NCBI GenBank assembly: GCA_025353105.1
Contig: JANXRG010000059.1
Span: 2,383 to 66,382, forward strand
Direction: 5' to 3'
Source: Verrucomicrobiota bacterium
GTDB lineage: Bacteria > Verrucomicrobiota > Verrucomicrobiia > Chthoniobacterales > SZAS-18
Length of the DNA stretch: 64,000 bases
Below the pieces are notes generated by a model. It did no database searches and was not told the DNA's origin. It was given only the letters and a program-made list of their open reading frames with translations. This document shows, in pieces, positions 20,924-30,191 of the stretch. The position numbers were made by a program, and so were the translations under genes. How positions within the stretch are numbered: the stretch's first letter is position 1; each line of letters opens with the position of its first letter.

Positions 20924-21967
20924 ATGGAGGAACGAGTGAAAGTGGCGGTGGTCGGTGCCAGCGGATATTCGGGCGAGGAGTTGGTCGGTCTCCTGCTGCG
21001 TCATCCGCGCGCCGATCTCGTATGCGTCACATCCCGCGCGGAGGCTGGTCGCCGACTCGATGACGTCTATCCGCGATTCCGCGACGCGCGTCGCGCGAGC
21101 GGGCCCGTTTTTGTCGCGCCGGCGGTCGAGACGATCATCGCCTCGGGGGCGACTTTTGGGTTCCTCGCGCTGCCCCATGGTCTGGCGGCGGAGTTTGCGG
21201 CGCCGCTGGTGGCGGCGGGTTTGCGCGTGATCGATCTCAGCGCGGATTTTCGCCTGCGCGATGCCGCCGTTTACCGCGAATTTTACGGGCACGAGCATCC
21301 GGCACCCGCGCTCCTCGCGGGCGCCGTGTATGGCCTGCCGGAACTCCGCCGCGATGAAATCGCCCGGGCGCGGCTCGTGGCTGCCCCCGGCTGCTATCCA
21401 ACCAGCGTTCTCGTGCCGCTTGTTCCGCTGCTGCGCCGGAAGCTGATCGACCCGGCCCAGATCCTCGTGAGCAGCATGAGCGGGGTGAGCGGAGCGGGGC
21501 GCAAGGCGGAGGTGGCGCTGCTATTTTCGGAATTGAACGAGTCAGCCAAGCCCTATGGCAGTCCGAAGCACCGGCATCTTTCCGAGATCGAGCAGGAGCT
21601 TTCCCTAGCCGCGGGGTTGCCCGTCGTGATCAATTTCACGCCGCACCTCATCCCGATTACACGTGGGATTGTGAGCACGATTTACGCGACGCCGAATCGC
21701 GGCGTCGACGCCGGACAAATCGGTGCCGCCTGGACGGAAGCATACGGGGCGGAGCCGTTCGTCCGCCTCCTCGAGGGCGAAGATCGCCTGCCCGAGATTC
21801 GTCACGTGGCGAACACCAATTACATCGATCTGGCGTGGCGACATGATCCACGGACGGGCCGCGTTATCCTGTTCAGCGCCGAGGACAATCTCGGGAAGGG
21901 CGCCTCCGGACAGGCCGTGCAATGTTTTAATCTGATGGCGGAATTCGCCGAGACGGCGGGGCTCTAA
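20924..21967 (+). CDS. argC: N-acetyl-gamma-glutamyl-phosphate reductase
   Basis: VAVVGASGYSGEEL Rossmann start, PGCYPTS active-site Cys, C-terminal DNLGKGASGQAVQ. ATG 20900 is an alternative start. Confidence 0.9.
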   Translation: MEERVKVAVVGASGYSGEELVGLLLRHPRADLVCVTSRAEAGRRLDDVYPRFRDARRASGPVFVAPAVETIIASGATFGFLALPHGLAAEFAAPLVAAGLRVIDLSADFRLRDAAVYREFYGHEHPAPALLAGAVYGLPELRRDEIARARLVAAPGCYPTSVLVPLVPLLRRKLIDPAQILVSSMSGVSGAGRKAEVALLFSELNESAKPYGSPKHRHLSEIEQELSLAAGLPVVINFTPHLIPITRGIVSTIYATPNRGVDAGQIGAAWTEAYGAEPFVRLLEGEDRLPEIRHVANTNYIDLAWRHDPRTGRVILFSAEDNLGKGASGQAVQCFNLMAEFAETAGL

Positions 21968-22028
21968 AAACTCGCTGGCCCGACGGGCCGTGCTCCACTA
22001 ATCTGCGCGCCCCACCGGGAAACGGAAC

Positions 22029-23252
22029 ATGCCAAGCGATCAGGACTGGAAAAGCATTCCCGGCGGCGTTACCGCCGCGGCGGGCTATTTCGCCTGGGCG
22101 ACGCATTGCGGCATCAGTCCGACAGGCAGCTCACGCAAGCCGGACCTGGCCGTGATCCATTCTGATCGCGCGGCGGTGGCGGCGGCAACGTTTACGACGA
22201 ACCAAGTCAAGGCCGCGCCGGTGCGCGTCTCCACCATGCACCTGCGCTCCGCCAGCGTGCGGGCCATCGTTTTGAACAGCGGCAACGCAAACGCGTGCAC
22301 CGGCCTGCCCGGGATTCAGGCCGCGCAGCGGATGGCGCGGTCGACCGCCGTGGCGCTGGGCCTCAAGGAGGAGCAGGTGCTCGTGTGTTCCACCGGGCGA
22401 ATCGGCGTGCCGCTGCCCGTCGAAAAAATTGAGCGGGCGATGCCGCGGATGGTTCGGCGCTCCGGACGCAACGGTAGCGCCCGCGCGGCGCGCGCGATCA
22501 TGACTTCTGACACGCGGCCGAAGGAAGCGGCCGTCCAGTTTTCCGTCCGCGGCCGGCCGGTGACGATTGGCGGCATCGCCAAGGGAGCGGGCATGATCGA
22601 TCCCAACATGGCGACGATGCTGTGCGCGCTGACGACGGACGCAAACATCGGCAAGCGTCACCTGCAGCGCGCGCTCAGCGAGGCGGTGGAGCAATCGTTC
22701 AACCGCATTACGGTGGACGGCGACATGAGTACGAACGACACGGTCATCCTGCTTGCCAACGGGCCGCGTGATGCGCCGCTGCTTCGCCCCGCGACCGCGG
22801 AGTTCGGTCGATTCCAAGCCGCGCTGACTCACCTCTGCGGACAATTTGCGCGCATGATCGTGCTGGACGGCGAGCGCGTCTCGAAGTTTGTCGAGGTCCG
22901 TGTCACCGGGGCGGCGACTCGCATCGATGCGCGCCGCGCCGCGGACGCAGTCGCCAATTCGATGCTGGTGAAGTGCGCGTGGTACGGGAGCGATCCGAAT
23001 TGGGGGCGCATTCTCGACGCGGTGGGGTATTCGGGCGCGCGGGTCCGCGAGGAGCGGGTCGATATTTTCTACAATGGCGTCAGCGCCGCGCGGGGCGGCA
23101 TGGCAACCCGGACGCCACTCGCCAAGCTCAGGGACGCGGTCAGCGCGGCGCAATTCACCGTACACATCAATCTTCACCTCGGCCTCGCGGAACACACCAT
23201 CTATACGACCGACCTGACACCCGCCTACGTCCGGTTCAACATGGGCGAGTGA
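22029..23252 (+). CDS. argJ: Bifunctional glutamate N-acetyltransferase / amino-acid acetyltransferase
   Basis: FTTNQVKAAPV, GIAKGAGMIDPNMATML (autoproteolytic T), ITVDGDMSTNDT. Confidence 0.9.
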   Translation: MPSDQDWKSIPGGVTAAAGYFAWATHCGISPTGSSRKPDLAVIHSDRAAVAAATFTTNQVKAAPVRVSTMHLRSASVRAIVLNSGNANACTGLPGIQAAQRMARSTAVALGLKEEQVLVCSTGRIGVPLPVEKIERAMPRMVRRSGRNGSARAARAIMTSDTRPKEAAVQFSVRGRPVTIGGIAKGAGMIDPNMATMLCALTTDANIGKRHLQRALSEAVEQSFNRITVDGDMSTNDTVILLANGPRDAPLLRPATAEFGRFQAALTHLCGQFARMIVLDGERVSKFVEVRVTGAATRIDARRAADAVANSMLVKCAWYGSDPNWGRILDAVGYSGARVREERVDIFYNGVSAARGGMATRTPLAKLRDAVSAAQFTVHINLHLGLAEHTIYTTDLTPAYVRFNMGE

Positions 23253-23340
23253 CAAGCGACGGTTTAACAACGGCTCGGTTACTGGCGTCTTCCCATTCAA
23301 ATTCGCGACATATTATTCGTCTTCCGCTAGTTTTGCCGCC

Positions 23341-24213
23341 ATGTCTCTCACCGCCGCCGATCGCATCGAAGCACTCGCCGATGCCCTTCCCTTCATTCAG
23401 AAACTGCAGGGCCAACCGCTCGTCATCAAGTACGGCGGAAGCGCGATGGAGGACGATCAGGTCATCGAGCGCACGCTGCGTGATGTCGCCTTTCTCGCCG
23501 CGGTCGGATTGAAGCCGGTCATCGTCCACGGCGGAGGCAAGGCCATCACGGCGCGCCTGCGCGACGCGGGCGTCAAGCCCGTTTTCGTCGCCGGGCTGCG
23601 CGTCACCGATGCGGCTTCGATGCGACTTGTGGCGGAGACGCTTGACGGTCAGGTCAACGGGAAGATTGTCGCGCAGCTCAACGCCGCCGGATGCAAAGCG
23701 GTGGGAATGTCCGGCCGCGATTCCGTCCTCGCGAAAAAGGCGGCCCCGGTGCCAACGAATGACGGCTTGGCGGATCTCGGTGCCGTGGGTGACGTCGAAA
23801 AAGTTTCGCTCGACGCGATCCAGGGCGCCCTCGCTCGCGGTGAGGTGCCGGTGATGTCGCCGGTGGGCCGCGACGCCGCGGGCCAGTTGCTCAACGTCAA
23901 CGCGGACACCGTGGCCGGCGCAACGGCGGCGGCACTCGGCGCGGGTCGGCTCGTTTTTCTCAGCGACGTTCCCGGTCTCATGCGCGATCCGAAGATCGCC
24001 GACTCGCTGATTCCATCGCTGCAGAGCGAGCCGGTGGCCGGTCTGCTCAAGGACGGTATTATCATCGGCGGCATGATTCCCAAGGTGGAGTCAGCCCTGC
24101 TGGCACTGTCGCGCGGGGTGGAACGCGTGCATTTGATCGACGGTCGGATTCCGCACGCGTTGCTGATGGCGCTGTTCACGCCGCACGGTATTGGCACGGA
24201 AATGCTGCCGTAG
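23341..24213 (+). CDS. argB: Acetylglutamate kinase
   Basis: VIKYGGSAM, VIVHGGG, NVNADT and GGMIPKV motifs. Confidence 0.9.
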   Translation: MSLTAADRIEALADALPFIQKLQGQPLVIKYGGSAMEDDQVIERTLRDVAFLAAVGLKPVIVHGGGKAITARLRDAGVKPVFVAGLRVTDAASMRLVAETLDGQVNGKIVAQLNAAGCKAVGMSGRDSVLAKKAAPVPTNDGLADLGAVGDVEKVSLDAIQGALARGEVPVMSPVGRDAAGQLLNVNADTVAGATAAALGAGRLVFLSDVPGLMRDPKIADSLIPSLQSEPVAGLLKDGIIIGGMIPKVESALLALSRGVERVHLIDGRIPHALLMALFTPHGIGTEMLP

Positions 24214-24222
24214 CGCACGGGC

Positions 24223-24678
24223 CTATTTCGGCGTCGGAAACCGGCGGGCCGAGCGATCCTTGAACCCGCCTTTGGGACTATTCAGGCCAGGGTGCTTTTT
24301 GATCGCGGGGCGCGGTTTTCCACCCTTCATTCCGCCGTCGATGACCATGGGAAACGTCAGCATATTGGTCCTGTTCTGCGCCCGGAGATCGGGTTTCGCC
24401 TGGAGGACGTACGTTGCAAAGGCAATCGCCATGCGGTCGGCTCGCTTGTCGCCGCTCGACTTTGCCACGCGCAGCTGCGGCGTGCCCTCGGGTCCGCTGG
24501 GAGTGGATTCGATCGTGATCTTGAATTCCTGACCTCGCCAACTTTTCGGCCAGGGCTTGGATTTCGCGCCGAACGATTCCGGGACCAGGATCGGTTCGGC
24601 CGCGGAGAGATGAGGCAGCGACCATCCGTGGCTGACGAGCAGCGAGACGACGCCAACCACGAGCCCCGGGCGGTGCAC
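24223..24678 (-). CDS. Secreted protein with one TonB_C-like domain (paralog of the N-terminal half of 24737..25474)
   Basis: AEPILVPESF...QLRVAKSSGDKRADRMAIAFATYVLQAKPDLRAQN aligns by eye with AEPIQVPASF...RVRVEKSSGDARADKIAVDYISHVLNLKPNLRAKN of the neighbour. Confidence 0.65.
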   Translation of the reverse strand: MHRPGLVVGVVSLLVSHGWSLPHLSAAEPILVPESFGAKSKPWPKSWRGQEFKITIESTPSGPEGTPQLRVAKSSGDKRADRMAIAFATYVLQAKPDLRAQNRTNMLTFPMVIDGGMKGGKPRPAIKKHPGLNSPKGGFKDRSARRFPTPK

Positions 24679-24736
24679 AATCCGAGATTTTATCCCGATT
24701 CAACCTGTTGATTCAAGATGAATTACGACGGTAACT

Positions 24737-25474
24737 TCACGGATTCCCTGACCGGCCGTAGGAAGGCTCGCGGCCGCGGACTTCCCGATTGAATGGTTGG
24801 TGGCCATCCCGCTGATTGCCGGGCGAGCCGATCCGCGAGACGATCGGAACGACCATCGCCGAACCTGTCTTGTCCTGGGCGCAGCGCCAATGGGACAACG
24901 CCCATCGGACCGCAAAGGCGTCGAGAAACGCCGATCCGCTGGATTTGAGAAGCGAAACCTTCTCGACCTTGCCGTCGCGACCGAAGACCACGCGAATAAC
25001 CAATCGGCCGCCGGTCGTGAAGTCGGTGGCATTTTTTGGCCAGTCAGGACGCGAAATGTCGTATCCCGGCAGGCCGGCCTGGTAGACGGTATCGCCCGGC
25101 TCACTTTTGTACCCGCCCGAATGCGAAGCCCCCGCGGTTGCGTCCACGATCACGGGAAAGACGAGCTGGCTGCCCGCGTTCTTGGCGCGCAGATTGGGTT
25201 TGAGATTTAGCACATGGCTGATGTAATCCACCGCGATCTTGTCGGCGCGGGCATCCCCGCTGGATTTCTCCACGCGCACCCGCGCGCCCTTTCCGCCCGT
25301 GGCGGGCGAAGCGACGGTCACGGTAAAACGCTGTGGTGTCCAATCAGCGGGGAACGGTTTCCACAGCGCGATGAAGGAAGCCGGAACCTGAATCGGCTCC
25401 GCTTGCGCCACCCGGGATAAGGCGAGCGCGGCGAGCAGGACGACGACCGGAAAGCGAAGTTTTGAGCGCAGCAT
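24737..25474 (-). CDS. Secreted protein with two TonB_C-like domains
   Basis: Signal peptide. The C-terminal GRLVIRVVFGRDGKVEKVSLLKSSGSAFLDAFAVRWALSHWRC fits the TonB C-terminal domain pattern. There is no N-terminal anchor or Pro-rich rod of a true TonB. Confidence 0.65.
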   Translation of the reverse strand: MLRSKLRFPVVVLLAALALSRVAQAEPIQVPASFIALWKPFPADWTPQRFTVTVASPATGGKGARVRVEKSSGDARADKIAVDYISHVLNLKPNLRAKNAGSQLVFPVIVDATAGASHSGGYKSEPGDTVYQAGLPGYDISRPDWPKNATDFTTGGRLVIRVVFGRDGKVEKVSLLKSSGSAFLDAFAVRWALSHWRCAQDKTGSAMVVPIVSRIGSPGNQRDGHQPFNREVRGREPSYGRSGNP

Positions 25475-25514
25475 CGACCCAAAGTGCTAACCGCCCGAGC
25501 CGATTTGGTCACGC

Positions 25515-26348
25515 TCAAATCGCATGGTCAGACCGCCACTCGATGAAACTCTTCAGCGCGAGCGTGACGAGCGCGAGAAGCGCCAAAACGGAAGCCACGG
25601 CGAAGGCGCCGACGAAATTATACTCGTTGTAGAGAATCTCCACGTGCAACGGCATGGTGTTGGTCTGGCCGCGAATGTGCCCGCTCACGACCGACACGGC
25701 GCCGAATTCGCCCATCGCGCGGGCGTTGCAGAGAATGATCCCGTAGAGCAGGCCCCACTTTGCGTTGGGCAAGGTGACGCGCCAAAACGTCTGCCAACCA
25801 CTTGCGCCCAGGCTCAGCGCGGCGTGTTCCTGGTCGCGCCCCTGCGCCTCGAGGAGCGGAATCAGCTCGCGCGCGACGAACGGAAACGTCACGAAAATCG
25901 TCGCGAGCACGATGCCGGGCACGGCGAAGATCACTTGGAGATGGTGCTGCCTGAGCCACGGCCCAAACCAGCCCTGCGCGCCGAACAGCAGCACATAGAC
26001 GAGCCCGGAGACGACCGGTGAAACCGAGAACGGCAGATCGATCAGCGTGGTGAGCACGGTCTTGCCGCGGAAATCAAAGCGCGCGATCGCCCACGCCGCG
26101 GCGAGGCCGAAAATCGTGTTGGCCGGGACGGCGATGGCGGCGACCAGCAGCGTGAGTCGCACGGCGGCGAGCGCGTCCGGTTCGCGGAGCGCGGCGAAAT
26201 ACATCGCCGTCCCCTTGGTAAAAGCCTCCGTGAAAATGATCAGCAACGGCAGCAGCAGGAAGGCCGCGAGAAAAAGCAGCGCGACGCCGATGAGGATGCG
26301 CCGGACGAAAGGCGCGTCCGCGGTGGCTGGTCGAGTGGTTGCGCTCAT
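25515..26348 (-). CDS. cysW: Sulfate/thiosulfate ABC transporter permease CysW
   Basis: Start trimmed to MSATTRPAT (ATG 26348). Permease with an EAA-like loop (ALSLGASGWQTFWRVTLP). Confidence 0.85.
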   Translation of the reverse strand: MSATTRPATADAPFVRRILIGVALLFLAAFLLLPLLIIFTEAFTKGTAMYFAALREPDALAAVRLTLLVAAIAVPANTIFGLAAAWAIARFDFRGKTVLTTLIDLPFSVSPVVSGLVYVLLFGAQGWFGPWLRQHHLQVIFAVPGIVLATIFVTFPFVARELIPLLEAQGRDQEHAALSLGASGWQTFWRVTLPNAKWGLLYGIILCNARAMGEFGAVSVVSGHIRGQTNTMPLHVEILYNEYNFVGAFAVASVLALLALVTLALKSFIEWRSDHAI

Positions 26349-26356
26349 GGGTCGGG

Positions 26357-27190
26357 TCAATGCGTCGTCGCGCGCCGTCCGCTCCACCACTGCAGCAGAT
26401 TGATGATGAGCAGCAGCGCGAACGAGATCAGGAGCATCACGACCGCGATGGCCGTGGCCCCGGCGTAGTCGTATTGCTCCAGCTTCGTGACGATGAGCAG
26501 GGGAGTGATCTCGGTCTTCATCGGCATGTTGCCGGAAATGAATACCACCGAGCCGTACTCCCCGACGGCCCGCGCAAACGCGAGCGCAAAGCCCGTCAAC
26601 AGCGACGGCCAGAGCGCCGGCAGCACGACCCGCCTGAACGATTGCCACCGTGTCGCTCCGAGGCTCGCGGCGGCCTCCTCAAAATCGGGTTCCAAATCTT
26701 CCAGCACGGGTTGCACCGTGCGCACCACGAAAGGGAGACCGATGAACGTCAACGCCACAAAGATGCCGAGCGGCGTAAACGCGACTTTGATTCCGACGTA
26801 ATCCAACCACGCCCCGATCCAGCCGTTCTTTGCGTATAACGCCGTCAAGGCGATGCCTGCCACCGCCGTCGGCAGCGCGAACGGAAGATCCACGAGCGCG
26901 TCCACAAAACGGCGACCCGGAAACCGGTAGCGAACGAGTACCCATGCGACCAACAGACCCGCTCCGAGATTGAGCGTGGCGGCGGCTAGGGACGTGCCGA
27001 ATGTGAGCTGCAGCGACGCGAGCACCCGCGGCGCGGTGGCCAGGAGCCAGAATTTTCCCCAGCCGAGCGTGGCGGTCTTGAGAAACGTCGCGGACAGCGG
27101 AATGAGCACGACCAGCGAAAGGTAAAGCAGGGTGAAACCCAACGTCAGGCCGAAGCCGGGTATCACGCGTCTGGCGCTCGCGGTGGACAT
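26357..27190 (-). CDS. cysT: Sulfate/thiosulfate ABC transporter permease CysT
   Basis: 277 aa. [21 protein letters not shown] loop; sits between sbp and cysW. Confidence 0.85.
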   Translation of the reverse strand: MSTASARRVIPGFGLTLGFTLLYLSLVVLIPLSATFLKTATLGWGKFWLLATAPRVLASLQLTFGTSLAAATLNLGAGLLVAWVLVRYRFPGRRFVDALVDLPFALPTAVAGIALTALYAKNGWIGAWLDYVGIKVAFTPLGIFVALTFIGLPFVVRTVQPVLEDLEPDFEEAAASLGATRWQSFRRVVLPALWPSLLTGFALAFARAVGEYGSVVFISGNMPMKTEITPLLIVTKLEQYDYAGATAIAVVMLLISFALLLIINLLQWWSGRRATTH

Positions 27191-27196
27191 CAGGGG

Positions 27197-28192
27197 CTAT
27201 TTCTTCGCGACCATTTGATCAAAGACGCCGCCATCGTCGAAATGAGTCTTCTGCGCCTGCCGCCAGCCGCCGAAGATCTCATCGATGGTGAACAGCGTGA
27301 TGCGCGGAAACACCTTTTCATAAGATTGGGCAACCGACGCGAGGCGCGGCCGGTAATAGTTCCGGGCCGCAATCCTCTGGCCTTTCTCCGCGTAAAGGAA
27401 GCGCAAGTATTCCTCGGCGACCTTCCGTGTCCCCTTTTTTTCGACGACTTTGTCGACCACCGTGACCGGCGGTTCCGCGAGAATGCTGGCGGCCGGCGCG
27501 ATGATTTCGAATTTGTCCGACCCGAATTCCTTGAGGGCGAGAAAGGCTTCGTTTTCCCACGCGATGAGCACGTCACCGAGCCCGCGCTGGACGAAGGTCG
27601 TGGTGGATCCGCGCGCGCCGGAATCAAGCACCGGGACGTTTTGGTAGAGCTTGGAGACGAATTCACGTGCCTTGACCTGGTCACCTCCGCTCTGTCGGAG
27701 CGCGTGGCCCCACGCGGCGAGATAATTCCAGCGCGCGCCGCCGGACGTTTTCGGATTGGGCGTGATGACCGCGACGCCGGGCTTAATCAAATCGTCCCAG
27801 TCCTTAAGGCCCTTGGGATTGCCTTTGCGAACCAGAAACACGATCGTCGACGTGTAGGGCGAACTGTTTTCGGGCAGGCGCTGCTGCCAATCGGCGGGCA
27901 CGAGAGCGCCATGGAGATACAGCGCATCAATGTCATACGCCAGCGCGAGCGTGACGACGTCGGCCTGCAGGCCGTCGATGACGGAGCGCGCCTGCTTCCC
28001 CGACCCGCCGTGGGATTGCTTGATGACGACGGTTTCGCCTGTCTTCGCTTTCCAGTGCTGGACAAAGGCTTGATTGATCTCCTGGTAGAGTTCACGCGTT
28101 GGATCGTAGGAAACGTTCAGCAACGTGATGTCGGCGCCCGGGAGTCGACCGGCCGCCGCGACCGCAGCAAGAATGGCGAAGATGCGTTTCAC
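27197..28192 (-). CDS. sbp: Sulfate-binding protein (Sbp/CysP)
   Basis: Signal peptide, then [13 protein letters not shown] and [16 protein letters not shown], typical of sulfate-binding proteins. Confidence 0.85.
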   Translation of the reverse strand: MKRIFAILAAVAAAGRLPGADITLLNVSYDPTRELYQEINQAFVQHWKAKTGETVVIKQSHGGSGKQARSVIDGLQADVVTLALAYDIDALYLHGALVPADWQQRLPENSSPYTSTIVFLVRKGNPKGLKDWDDLIKPGVAVITPNPKTSGGARWNYLAAWGHALRQSGGDQVKAREFVSKLYQNVPVLDSGARGSTTTFVQRGLGDVLIAWENEAFLALKEFGSDKFEIIAPAASILAEPPVTVVDKVVEKKGTRKVAEEYLRFLYAEKGQRIAARNYYRPRLASVAQSYEKVFPRITLFTIDEIFGGWRQAQKTHFDDGGVFDQMVAKK

Positions 28193-28215
28193 GGTCGGGT
28201 GATTTCAGTGGGGAG

Positions 28216-29967
28216 TTATTCGGCAAACGCCACCTCGATCCTACTCTCGGCGCGGGCGGCACGTTCGGCCAGTTCAAGATGAAATTGTTGCGGATGCGGA
28301 GCGGGTCCGTTCACGTGGGTCCGACCCCAATATGCGGAAAATGTTTCGTCGTTTTCGCGTTCCCGGACAAATTCCTCGAGGTATCCACGCACCACCGCCG
28401 GCACGTCGGCGGTCGCCACCGTCTTCTGCTCCAGTCCCGCCAACCGATCGCCGGCAATCGAACCGCCCACGAATAACGCATACTTGCCGGGCGCGCGCCC
28501 GACCAGGGAGAAGTCCGCGTTATACGGCCGCGCGCAGCCGTTCGGGCAGCCGGTCATGCGGAATAGGATCGGCTCATCGGTGAGGTCGAGATCGCGCAGA
28601 ACTTCGTCAATTCCATCGAGCAAGCTGGGCAGAATGCGCTCACTTTCCGCCAGCGCGAGTCCGCACGTCGGCAGCGCCACGCACGCGTGCGCCACGCGCC
28701 GCAAGGCCGAAAGGCCACCGGGGTCCGGCACCCCGAAGGCGCGCAGGGTCCGCTCAAGTGACTCGCGCTGATCGGGTTCGATGTTCGTCAAGAGCAGGTT
28801 TGTGTTTGGCGTTAGGCGCAACGTGAAGCCAAAGCGCTCCGCGACGGCGCGGAAGGCGCTGCGATAGCGCGTATCGTCCTGGTCGAGGATTCGCCCTCCG
28901 GGCACCTGCACACCGTAAAACCAGCGACCGTCACCCTGCTCATGCCAGCCGAGTCGATCCGCGACGGTGGAAAATTCGATCACCTTCGGCTCGAACGTCC
29001 GCCACTGACCGAGTCGCTGGGTTACCTCACCGCGGAACCATTCGAGGCCGCGATCCTCGATCAGATATTTCAGCCGCGCGCGTTTGCGATCGGTTCGGTT
29101 GCCGTGATCGCGCTGGGTGGTTACCACCGCGACCGCCGTCTCCACCGCGTCTTCGCGACGAACGTAGAAGAGCGGCTGCGCGAGAGTGGGGAAGGTCGAA
29201 TGAATGCCGTGCGTCATCCCGAAACCGCCGCCGACGAGCACGGTATAGCCTTCGATTTCACCGTGCGGAGCAAAAGGGACGAAGCCGAGATCCTGTGAAT
29301 AAATGTCGACATCGTTTTGGGGAGGAACCGCGATGCCAATCTTGAATTTTCTCGGCAGGCAGACTTCGCCGTAGATCGGATCGGTTTCGCCGTCGGCCGC
29401 CGCCGGTTCCGGTTCGATGGGCACCCGCTCGCCCTGGAACCAGATTTCGCTGTAGGCCCGAGACCGCGCGAGGAACCGCTCGCTTAGGGACCGGGCAAAT
29501 CGGTGCACCTCCGCGTGCACGGCGTCCGCGATCGGCGCCGCCGGCGCCATCGTGTTGCGGACCACGTCGCCGCACGCGCCCCAGGTCGTGAGTCCCGCGG
29601 CGCGAATCTGCGCGATCGTTTCGCGCAGGTCGCCCTTGAGCACGCCGTGCAGTTGAATGCCCTGCCGCGTGGTGAGCCGCAGCGTCGAGTTTCCCAGCGA
29701 ACCTGCGAGATCGTCGTGGGCGATATATTGCGCCGCCGTCAATTCGCCGCCCGGCATCTTTGTGCGCACCATGAACATCCAGGCCTTGTCGCCCGTCGTC
29801 GCGCCCTTGCGCCGGTCGCGGTCATCCTGCTGGTACGTCCCGTGGAATTTCAGCAGCGTGGCATCCTCCTCGGAAAAGCGGGTGGCGTCCGACCCGAGGG
29901 TCCGACCGATTTCGCCCCGCAACCCCTGGCTTTCCGCCTTCACTTGTTCGACTGATTGTTTTGGCAT
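28216..29967 (-). CDS. cysI: Assimilatory sulfite reductase hemoprotein (CysI/Sir type)
   Basis: LLKFHGTYQQDDRD near the N-terminus and siroheme/4Fe-4S cysteines (TGCPNGCARP, ACVALPTCGLA). No cysJ adjacent. Confidence 0.85.
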   Translation of the reverse strand: MPKQSVEQVKAESQGLRGEIGRTLGSDATRFSEEDATLLKFHGTYQQDDRDRRKGATTGDKAWMFMVRTKMPGGELTAAQYIAHDDLAGSLGNSTLRLTTRQGIQLHGVLKGDLRETIAQIRAAGLTTWGACGDVVRNTMAPAAPIADAVHAEVHRFARSLSERFLARSRAYSEIWFQGERVPIEPEPAAADGETDPIYGEVCLPRKFKIGIAVPPQNDVDIYSQDLGFVPFAPHGEIEGYTVLVGGGFGMTHGIHSTFPTLAQPLFYVRREDAVETAVAVVTTQRDHGNRTDRKRARLKYLIEDRGLEWFRGEVTQRLGQWRTFEPKVIEFSTVADRLGWHEQGDGRWFYGVQVPGGRILDQDDTRYRSAFRAVAERFGFTLRLTPNTNLLLTNIEPDQRESLERTLRAFGVPDPGGLSALRRVAHACVALPTCGLALAESERILPSLLDGIDEVLRDLDLTDEPILFRMTGCPNGCARPYNADFSLVGRAPGKYALFVGGSIAGDRLAGLEQKTVATADVPAVVRGYLEEFVRERENDETFSAYWGRTHVNGPAPHPQQFHLELAERAARAESRIEVAFAE

Positions 29968-30023
29968 GAATGGAACCCGTTTTCCGCGCGCTCATCGCGA
30001 AGAGGGCCGACGCTATTTAAAAA

Positions 30024-30035
30024 GACATATATGTC
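30024..30035. promoter_or_regulatory. Perfect 12-bp palindrome GACATATATGTC in the cysI-iclR divergent region
   Basis: Read directly. It lies in the only AT-rich stretch of the spacer, 57 nt upstream of the cysI start. Confidence 0.35.
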
Positions 30036-30172
30036 GATAGACATTATAGGAATATGACGCAGTGGGCGCGAGCGAGCGTATGTGGTGAATCCGAATGCTT
30101 GGTTGGGCGGGAGTGCTTCCGTGAGTTTCGAGAAATGAACTCACCCCCGAAGTTTCCACTGGACGATATCGA

Positions 30173-30191
30173 ATTTCCAAATTATGGAAAT
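30173..30191. promoter_or_regulatory. ATTTCCA-N5-TGGAAAT inverted repeat (TTTCC-N7-GGAAA box) overlapping the iclR start codon
   Basis: Read directly. A second box with the same spacing lies upstream of aceB (42587-42603). The half-site GAAGTTTCC also occurs at 30148-30156. Confidence 0.5.
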
